DNA from: a virus
Taxonomy: Duplodnaviria > Caudoviricetes
IMG/VR virus record: IMGVR_UViG_3300025120_000505
Location: 1-24,956 of that record
DNA: 24,956 nucleotides
Direction: 5' to 3' (one strand)
In this document: one piece after another, positions 18,278-24,956 of the stretch
How positions within the stretch are numbered: position 1 is the stretch's first letter
How the letters are laid out: each line of letters begins with the position of its first letter
Translations under genes and position numbers: made by a program
The notes under the pieces: model-generated
Database searches by the model: none
Told to the model about the DNA's origin: nothing
The model's input: the letters and a program-made list of their open reading frames with translations, nothing else

Positions 18278-20515
18278 TTAGGTGCTTATTACACCATTAA
18301 CTTTTTTGCTTGTAACGACTGTCTCTAATGCAGTATCAATTGATGTGCGAACCGTTGTGCCAACCACTCCTCCGCCACCAGTGGAAAACCCTTGTATCTC
18401 ATTGCTAAGTTTTTGTTGTGCTAGTTGTATAGAATACTGTCCGCCTCTTACTAACTCACTCATTTGATTACTGGTTATAGGAGAACTGTTTGCTCCAGCG
18501 AATGTTTCGCCAAGTGTTGCGGCTCCGTCCTGCCATTTTTTCACTGCATCTACACCAAATTTGCTTGCTCCACTTATAAGTCCACCAAGAGATGCTTCGT
18601 CTTCGAGTCCAGTTACTATTCCTGCATTTTGCAGTTCACCTAAGCCCTTGTTAAACAGATCAGTTTTGGTTAAATCCTGTAGAGTTTCATTGTTTAGGAA
18701 ATCACTTACTCCATTGATTCCTTGAGAACCAGTCCACACACTTGCACTACTTAGAACAGTGTTCAGATCCGCCGTTGCGTCCTTTAAAAAGAACTCAGCA
18801 GTACCTGGTTTAAGTAGACCGCCTTTTTCTAATTCTGTTGCACTAAATCCAAACTTTCCAACACCAAACGAATTTGAGATTTCATTAGAGCCTTGTGCTA
18901 CAAGTTTACTTGATTGTGCCACCATACTTGTAACTTTTTCAGGTGGTATCTTGCCAACGTTTGTAGTTGCCTGTGCTTGTGTTTCGTAGTCAGATTCAGT
19001 TACAGTATCAATTTCTGTTGATTCTGCTTTGGTAACTGCTTCTTGTGTTTTTGGATCAAGTGGTACTTGTTCTGCTGGTGATTCTAAACTGGTGCTAGTG
19101 TTTACGCCAGTACCTCTGTTTGCATAAGGTTCATGTGTTGGTGCTCTTGTAACGATAGTTTCAATTGCACCTGGTGCCGCAATCCACCCTTGTTGTGGTT
19201 CAAATTTTGTATCAGGTAGTCGTAGTTTTGGAATATCAACTGTTTTTGACACAGGCGATGCGGATCCACTGTTTAACTTTATACATCCAGCTTCAAGAGT
19301 AAGTCCAGTACCTGCACCCCATCCGCCAGTTCTACTGTTTAAATTTAGTGCACCGTCGCTTTTTATTCCCACTGAGCTTTTGCTATACGCCAATATACTG
19401 TTTGTACCTGTGAGACTTAAACTACCAGTTTCCAAACTCATAGCACGTTTAGCAAAAATATTTACACTGCCAAGTTCGCTGGCTATATTGATATTACGGT
19501 CGGCATGCATGTTAAGTTCACCAGCACTTCTAATATTCAAACTGTTTGACGCATAAACATCAATTGTTCCTTCGTTTCCTAGTTCTACCCAAGTCTGCCC
19601 ATTTGCATGCATGATATGAATTGTCTGTTTGCCTTCAGTATCGTTCATCATTATTTGATGACCGGTACTTGTTCTTATTCTTGTTAGATTATCTTCACCT
19701 GCCAGATCACCATCGTCCATTACAATACTGTGGCCACCTTTACGTGCAATTACTGTTGTTTCATTTGCCTGTAATGTACTGCTTGCTACCTTTGCCGCAA
19801 TCTGTGCATCTGTTAAGCCGCCTTGGTATACCGGTCTACCAGCAGTGCTAATTCCAAACACAGTACTAGGAGATTCTCTTTGACTGTTTGAACTTATTGG
19901 CCCAATAAGAGGATCTGCTATAACACCCTGGCTCAGCATTTGCCCTGCCAATACACTGTGTACTGGCTTTGTTTCATCAAAGAATCTTGGATTTTCTGCT
20001 ACTGCATCATTGGCATTGTTTATTTCAACCACAGGCAACTTTGCTTTGTTTGCAAATAGCGGTGACCCACTATCGTCAACATACTTTTTACTTGAACCAA
20101 TTGCCGGAACCATATGGTTTAGACCAGGTGAAATTGGCATACCTACATAGTAGCCTTTGTTTGGATCACCGTCGGCAAAGAAGCAAAGTACTTTTGTTCC
20201 AAGATCAGGTGGTGTGCCGAAGAATCCATATGAATGATTGTTGCCAGTAAAACTTCCTGGCCCGGTTGGTTGTTGAGCACTCTGTTGTGTGTATCCGTAG
20301 TAGGGTGAAATATAACTTACTGTACGCCATAAATCTTTGTTGTTTTTGTCGTCTCCAGAGATATACTCAAGGTATACTTGTAACCTGCCAGCTCTAGTTG
20401 GATCAATATTATTGGTTACTTCACCAATAAATGGTCCTGATTCAGCTGGGGTTCCGCCGGCACTAGTTTTATATGCTCCTGGAGTTCCTTTACTTCTTTG
20501 ATAATTCTCTGCCAT
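18278..20515 (-). CDS. Baseplate central spike, gp5/VgrG-like, with C-terminal lysozyme-like domain (745 aa)
   Basis: OB-fold motifs GEVTNNIDPTRAGRLQVYL and YGFFGTPPDLGTKVLCFFADGD, followed by beta-helix-type sequence (GHSIVMDD, IRTSTGHQIMMND, WVELGNEGTIDVY, LNMHADRNINI). AGGA SD overlaps the upstream TAG stop. Confidence 0.85.
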   Translation of the reverse strand: MAENYQRSKGTPGAYKTSAGGTPAESGPFIGEVTNNIDPTRAGRLQVYLEYISGDDKNNKDLWRTVSYISPYYGYTQQSAQQPTGPGSFTGNNHSYGFFGTPPDLGTKVLCFFADGDPNKGYYVGMPISPGLNHMVPAIGSSKKYVDDSGSPLFANKAKLPVVEINNANDAVAENPRFFDETKPVHSVLAGQMLSQGVIADPLIGPISSNSQRESPSTVFGISTAGRPVYQGGLTDAQIAAKVASSTLQANETTVIARKGGHSIVMDDGDLAGEDNLTRIRTSTGHQIMMNDTEGKQTIHIMHANGQTWVELGNEGTIDVYASNSLNIRSAGELNMHADRNINIASELGSVNIFAKRAMSLETGSLSLTGTNSILAYSKSSVGIKSDGALNLNSRTGGWGAGTGLTLEAGCIKLNSGSASPVSKTVDIPKLRLPDTKFEPQQGWIAAPGAIETIVTRAPTHEPYANRGTGVNTSTSLESPAEQVPLDPKTQEAVTKAESTEIDTVTESDYETQAQATTNVGKIPPEKVTSMVAQSSKLVAQGSNEISNSFGVGKFGFSATELEKGGLLKPGTAEFFLKDATADLNTVLSSASVWTGSQGINGVSDFLNNETLQDLTKTDLFNKGLGELQNAGIVTGLEDEASLGGLISGASKFGVDAVKKWQDGAATLGETFAGANSSPITSNQMSELVRGGQYSIQLAQQKLSNEIQGFSTGGGGVVGTTVRTSIDTALETVVTSKKVNGVIST

Positions 20516-20523
20516 TTATATTC

Positions 20524-23500
20524 CTATCGAAAAGATGATGATCCAGACCCACCACCGCCTGAAATCACTGTGCCTCCAGATCCACCACCATTGCTACTCG
20601 ATATACGATCTGCTCGAGCTTTTCTCGCCTCTCTTCGTAGTCGGGCTCTCTTTGCAAATAAACTTTCTCTGCGTACAGTAGGTTGACTACCTGCGTCGTC
20701 ACTCACTGTGTTACTTCCAGGTTTTGGTTGCACCAATGGTGTTGATGAAGTAGCTGTTGGTGTATTACCTTCTGGTATATCATCATCCATATCTTGCACC
20801 GGTGGAGTAGGTAACTTTGCAATACGCCCTGTGGTTGCATTATTTACTGTTGCACTGCTGTAGGGCTCTTTCTTTTGAGTGTTTGTTTTAGATCCGTTGA
20901 TAGTCTCAGCAGTTTTAAAGTTTCCTGCTCTTGGATCTGATCCAGCATTTGGCTGAAATTGTCTACTACTACGAGCTCCAGGAGGAATAACCTTCTTACT
21001 GGGTCTGACTGCACCTACTCCGTCGTTCAATGCGCCATCTAGATCACTAAAATCTTCTTCTTCAACAACGTTCTTTTCAATCTGTTTTTGTTTTGGACTA
21101 TTGACTGCATTATCAAATTGTCTAGCAACGCCTGCCAATTCTTGGGTAAATTTTCCACTTGCAAATTTGTTGATGACTGTCACTGCGGCATAAACTTGAC
21201 TTTCTGCGGCAAGGTTTAGCTCGCCTAAAATTTTACTATCCATATTGTTTGCATTTACTGGTGTTTCACCAGTGGCCATATTGTAATCAACTACTCTGTT
21301 GAATCGTAATTCAAACAATACTTCCCCAGAAGTTGAATTTACACTTCCATCAGGTTCAAATGCGGCAAGATTACTCGCACTGTAAAATAATTCACTTTGT
21401 GTTATAAAATCAGGATCGCCAACAATCGTTAAATCTGCTTTTGCAACATCAGCCGGAGAGTACAATCGAGCCGCTAACTGTGCCGCTGGTCGCCCAGCAT
21501 CTCCTGAAGCACCTTGTGTGCTTGAATCAGCAACACTTTGAAAAAATCTTTTTTCAGCATATCGTGCATCTCCACCAACAGCTACTTCTTCGTCTGCTAT
21601 CAACCCATCCTTTCCAAATATGGTAACATAGTTTGATTTCACTTCGATATCAAAATCTATTACTTCCGTGTTCAATCCAGTGAACCAATAGTTATAAATC
21701 TTATGAGCGCCTCTGTACATCGCTGGAGGAAAGTAAGGACTACGTGGTGTGTTAATTTGATACCGTGATATTCTATATATAATTTGGTACGCATAATCTT
21801 GCCTGATAGGATCATAAGCAATTGGACTAGCAGCCTGCGTAATTTTATACCACATCACTGTTTGTACAGGAGGATTTCTTATCTCCTTGTTTGTTATTTC
21901 ATCAAATGCAATAGTTTGTTGAGCAGTGATATAGGTTGAATTTTTCATTACCTGATCAATAAGTTGCACAATCTGTGTACCAGCACTTATACTATATTCT
22001 TTGGTTGCCTTATCTAATGCCTGTTTTTCCATATTTTTTTGATCATTGGGGCTAGAAGACATCTGCATCGGTGTGGATTCTTTTTTCGTCTTACCTTGCT
22101 TTTTCATCTTTGCATCAATCAATCCAGGTACATCTTCGATTTCAATAATATATTCATCTGGAATACTGCCGTTCTTTTTTGCTACCTGCTTTTGATGCTC
22201 GTTGAGTGCATCACACAATCCAGATGTAACAGTTCGATCAGCAAGTCCAACTTTTCCAGCACGTTGTTGTGCAACACTGGTTGTAACATCTTCTTGTACA
22301 TTAATAGTTGTTGCATCACCAAATTCTGTGAAACTTGGTTTTTTGACTGAGGTTCTAGTTACAAGCGGCACAAGAGGTTGTAATTCACTGTTACCATTCA
22401 ACAACTTCTTTACACTTGATGCACTAAGTTGGAAGTTAAACGGAATACTTCCACGCATGGTTGAATATCCAATTTGATTCTGCGGAGTTGCACAACTACA
22501 ACTATAAACAACTGCTTTGTTGTTTACTTTATATTTAATATCGTTAAACTGAAATGGTATGAATTTTTCTACCAATGCTTCAGGATCACTTGTGGTTTCT
22601 AACTCGCCATCTGATGCATCTCTTTTGGTTACCAAGTTACCAAATTCATCGTATCCATAGAACCGTAATACCATAAGGTAAGTTTGTGCATTGATGTTTA
22701 CATTTTTGTCTTGTACGTGATCTGTAGTAGCCTTTTTTAATCTTTCTAAAAATGTAATTCCTTGCGGTTCCATTATATCAAAAGTTAAATTTGTAACATT
22801 GTGCGGTGATCCTGATCCTTGACTGTTTATTACAGTTTGAAACTCAACGTTTTCTATATAAAAATCCAAATCAAAATATTTGTTACGTTCTTCTGGTTTT
22901 GCTCCTCCTGATTGCAAGATCAGTTGTCTAGTTGGCAAAGTTTTTTTATCTGTTCCTAAAAACTGCACATACTCGGTTCTGTTCATCATGTAAATTGAAA
23001 AAGAATAGGTTTGACTTGCAAGTCCTAATAGTGGATTTGGTGATGCTTTAATAGGCTTTAGAAATTCGGCAGCCACAGAAGTTCTACCTTCAACTCCATC
23101 TGCATTGATAGCATTTCCAACACTGTTTCTATTCGTTGATAGTGCATCATCTCCGGGTGCTACCTGTACATTGTTGCTACCACCACTGTTGTTGTTATCA
23201 CCACTTAGTGGTGTAACTGCACTGCCTGTCGACGAGCTTACTGCTGTTGTTTGTGTTTGTCCAACTTTTTTTACAGCAGAGCCGCCTCCAACTGTGGCTG
23301 TCGATCCTGATCCTTTGAGATCGCCTAGTTCTTGATTACTACCACCTGAAAGTGCAGTCGTTCTTGCATTTGTTGGTTTGTTTAAACTATCAAGAACTGG
23401 AGCAAGTTTGGTTGCTTCGCCTTCAGTTTGTTTAATAATTTCACTATCATCTATTGACGGTGTAGTGTATCTTGCAGTTTCTCTAGTATAAGTTTGCTCG

Positions 23501-23880
23501 TTACTTACAATTGTACCACTACTGTCTTTGGTAATGTTCTCTCTAACTGATGTCTTTTTTGTGTTTGAGAAAGCCTCTGTTTGCACACCATTCATGGTGG
23601 TCTGCATAGTTGTTACTTCAACTTTGTTTTTAGTAATAAGTGTAGTAACTCTAGTCTGTCCTGGATCTCCATTTAATCCGGCATTTTGTTTTTGCAAATT
23701 ATCAAGTTCAGATAATTGACTGTTGAGTTCACTGTTTACTTTACCCCAACTATTGTCAATTTGATTCCATGAAGCACCTCCTGATGCTAGGTTTTCAAGG
23801 TTACGCACCTTTGGTTTGGTTTCATTTATTCTTAATTGCACTGACTGTCTTGCAACACCCAGTTGTGCAGAGGTTGTCAT
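20524..23880 (-). CDS. Baseplate hub protein, gp27/late-control-D-like, with long terminal extensions (1118 aa)
   Basis: Located between the LysM-like and spike genes. Motifs NPL..ASQTYSFSI, LTFDIMEPQGITFLERL, YNYWFTGLNTEVIDFDI, ADLTIVGDPDFI and Y.AVTVINKFASGKFTQEL fit hub-type proteins. Start is coupled to the upstream stop (TAA-T-ATG). Confidence 0.7.
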   Translation of the reverse strand: MTTSAQLGVARQSVQLRINETKPKVRNLENLASGGASWNQIDNSWGKVNSELNSQLSELDNLQKQNAGLNGDPGQTRVTTLITKNKVEVTTMQTTMNGVQTEAFSNTKKTSVRENITKDSSGTIVSNEQTYTRETARYTTPSIDDSEIIKQTEGEATKLAPVLDSLNKPTNARTTALSGGSNQELGDLKGSGSTATVGGGSAVKKVGQTQTTAVSSSTGSAVTPLSGDNNNSGGSNNVQVAPGDDALSTNRNSVGNAINADGVEGRTSVAAEFLKPIKASPNPLLGLASQTYSFSIYMMNRTEYVQFLGTDKKTLPTRQLILQSGGAKPEERNKYFDLDFYIENVEFQTVINSQGSGSPHNVTNLTFDIMEPQGITFLERLKKATTDHVQDKNVNINAQTYLMVLRFYGYDEFGNLVTKRDASDGELETTSDPEALVEKFIPFQFNDIKYKVNNKAVVYSCSCATPQNQIGYSTMRGSIPFNFQLSASSVKKLLNGNSELQPLVPLVTRTSVKKPSFTEFGDATTINVQEDVTTSVAQQRAGKVGLADRTVTSGLCDALNEHQKQVAKKNGSIPDEYIIEIEDVPGLIDAKMKKQGKTKKESTPMQMSSSPNDQKNMEKQALDKATKEYSISAGTQIVQLIDQVMKNSTYITAQQTIAFDEITNKEIRNPPVQTVMWYKITQAASPIAYDPIRQDYAYQIIYRISRYQINTPRSPYFPPAMYRGAHKIYNYWFTGLNTEVIDFDIEVKSNYVTIFGKDGLIADEEVAVGGDARYAEKRFFQSVADSSTQGASGDAGRPAAQLAARLYSPADVAKADLTIVGDPDFITQSELFYSASNLAAFEPDGSVNSTSGEVLFELRFNRVVDYNMATGETPVNANNMDSKILGELNLAAESQVYAAVTVINKFASGKFTQELAGVARQFDNAVNSPKQKQIEKNVVEEEDFSDLDGALNDGVGAVRPSKKVIPPGARSSRQFQPNAGSDPRAGNFKTAETINGSKTNTQKKEPYSSATVNNATTGRIAKLPTPPVQDMDDDIPEGNTPTATSSTPLVQPKPGSNTVSDDAGSQPTVRRESLFAKRARLRREARKARADRISSSNGGGSGGTVISGGGGSGSSSFR

Positions 23881-23881
23881 A

Positions 23882-24187
23882 TTAGATACCTAATACTGTT
23901 TGTAACGTTGACTTCTGTGGCAGATAGATTGTAGTTCCAGTAACAAAATCAAACAGAGGATCTGGCAATTGATTTGGGTTACGCATGGCAAATACCCACC
24001 AAAGGTTTGAATCTTCGTATAGGTCAAAAGCCAAGAGATCAGGACGTAGGTTATATGTTTCATTGATGGTCATTGACAAGTCATCTACCAACTTTGGTAT
24101 ATCTCGTTCAATCATCAATCCAAGATATTGATTGTTTATAACTGGTGTATCAAAATACGGGCTGGTATTTGAATATGAAGTTGCCAT
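23882..24187 (-). CDS. LysM-like baseplate wedge protein, gp53/P2 gpX-like (101 aa)
   Basis: YNLRPDLLAFDLYEDSNLWWVFAMRNPNQL.DPLFDFVTGTTIYLP is the gp53/LysM-type pattern. I moved the start from the GTG at 24193 to the ATG at 24187-24185, which overlaps the upstream stop as TAATG and gives MAT..., like most neighbouring starts. Confidence 0.85.
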   Translation of the reverse strand: MATSYSNTSPYFDTPVINNQYLGLMIERDIPKLVDDLSMTINETYNLRPDLLAFDLYEDSNLWWVFAMRNPNQLPDPLFDFVTGTTIYLPQKSTLQTVLGI

Positions 24188-24956
24188 TACCACATTCCCT
24201 TCTTAATTAGGTTTCCGTTTGCATACTCTCTAAGGCTAAACTGTTCGCTTACCTGTTGTCTGCTTACAATTGGGTTGAGCACTAGACTTATTGTTGTTTT
24301 TGTTGGAACGTAGGTTGCTCCTTTTGTGCCTAGCTTTCCTGGTGCTAGTTTGGTTGGTTCAGCACCTGCTTGTATAGGATCACTTTTACCGTTTATTGCA
24401 TTAGTAGTGGCAGTTTGTAGCCTTGATAAACTTGAAAAATTTCCGTTTGTTACACTGGTTGCTAATGGCTTTTGATATTGCAACTGTCCATCACGTTGTA
24501 TCTGTTTGCTTCTTGCACGTATGTAGTTTACATCAGGAGGAAGGTTGTAATTAAATTCACTTATCACACATGGTGATTCGTTAAACTGGTATTCACCTAA
24601 TCCTGTGAGGTATAACAACGGAGGTGGTGATCCTCTTTGAGCATCTTGTCCGTAGAACATCTTGCTTGCACTTTTTAAGAAGTGTATAACTGCAAGTAGG
24701 TACTCTGCTTCAACTGTATCCTGAGCAGTAAATTCAGCATTAAGTTGCACAGTTGCTACGCTCGATCCTTGGTAGAAAAAGTGTTGATAATTTGAATGTG
24801 TAGGAGAATATGCCTGGTATTCTGCTCTGTACTGTATGTCTATACTCGGAGTATAGGGAAATATTATTCCATCAGTTTCTGTAAGTGGTGCAAGGATACC
24901 CGGATCAGGTGCTTGGTACAAGTAGGTTGCCTGCGGAGCTAATCGGAGCTTGACAC
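24187..24956 (-). CDS. Tail-tube-fold baseplate protein / tube initiator (gp48/gp54- or P2 gpU-like), 5' end outside window
   Basis: The frame stays open beyond the TTG at 24921 to the window edge (VKLRLAPQATYLYQAPDPG...). Motifs GIIFPYTPSI, GSPPPLLYLTGLG, CVISEFNYNLP and VPTKTTISLVLNP are typical of tube-fold initiators. Directly upstream of the LysM-like gene. Confidence 0.7.
   Translation of the reverse strand, partial: VKLRLAPQATYLYQAPDPGILAPLTETDGIIFPYTPSIDIQYRAEYQAYSPTHSNYQHFFYQGSSVATVQLNAEFTAQDTVEAEYLLAVIHFLKSASKMFYGQDAQRGSPPPLLYLTGLGEYQFNESPCVISEFNYNLPPDVNYIRARSKQIQRDGQLQYQKPLATSVTNGNFSSLSRLQTATTNAINGKSDPIQAGAEPTKLAPGKLGTKGATYVPTKTTISLVLNPIVSRQQVSEQFSLREYANGNLIKKGMW

Noticed and set aside
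20513-20520. TATAAATG at the spike start as a late promoter
   Set aside because: It overlaps the ATG itself and mismatches the conserved final A and the CA extension. It is better explained as the AT-rich spacer after the AGGA SD.
835-20526. Stop-codon reassignment (TAG or TGA recoding, as in some large phages)
   Set aside because: More than 8000 codons are open under the standard code with near-complete coding density. TAG ends three genes (847, 17877, 20524) right at sensible gene boundaries.
1346-23719. Numerous 60-170-aa plus-strand ORFs and three short alternative-frame minus-strand ORFs in the track
   Set aside because: All lie wholly or almost wholly within long, motif-bearing minus-strand genes, mostly as antisense shadows of biased codon usage. 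None shows a recognisable protein motif.
24188-24921. ORF-track starts at 24193 (GTG) and 24921 (TTG)
   Set aside because: The ATG at 24187 in a TAATG overlap is the better start for the LysM-like gene. The upstream gene's frame remains open past 24921 to the window edge.
1-24956. Bacterial eCIS/tailocin or T6SS locus instead of a phage
   Set aside because: The gene order is shared with such systems, but T4-type late promoter motifs, the T4 gp6-style N-terminus and the lack of any bacterial or T6SS membrane-complex genes favour a lytic myophage. It cannot be formally excluded without the capsid and replication regions.

Overview
The window is a compact, AT-rich (by eye under 40% GC) run of nine minus-strand genes. 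It reads as the baseplate module of a large contractile-tailed, T4-related or jumbo-type phage. In transcription order (right to left): tube-fold/tube-initiator protein (5' truncated), LysM/gp53-like wedge protein, 1118-aa gp27-like hub, 745-aa gp5/VgrG-like spike, gp25-like protein, 1135-aa gp6/baseplate-J-like wedge, a giant 4521-aa modular baseplate protein, a 219-aa structural protein, and the first 35 codons of a probable fibre protein missing from the ORF track. Product calls come from motif recognition and gene order, not database searches. Four signals stand out. (1) The octamer TAAATACA, similar to the T4 late promoter, sits in all four intergenic gaps of 20 nt or more, twice positioned to give leaderless mRNA. 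(2) The giant protein holds an interrupted seven-blade FG-GAP propeller, about 11 beta-sandwich modules and six dispersed [FY]D repeat motifs. (3) The spike ends in an apparently degenerate lysozyme-like domain. (4) The hub has long terminal extensions. I found no RNA genes, CRISPR arrays or mobile elements.
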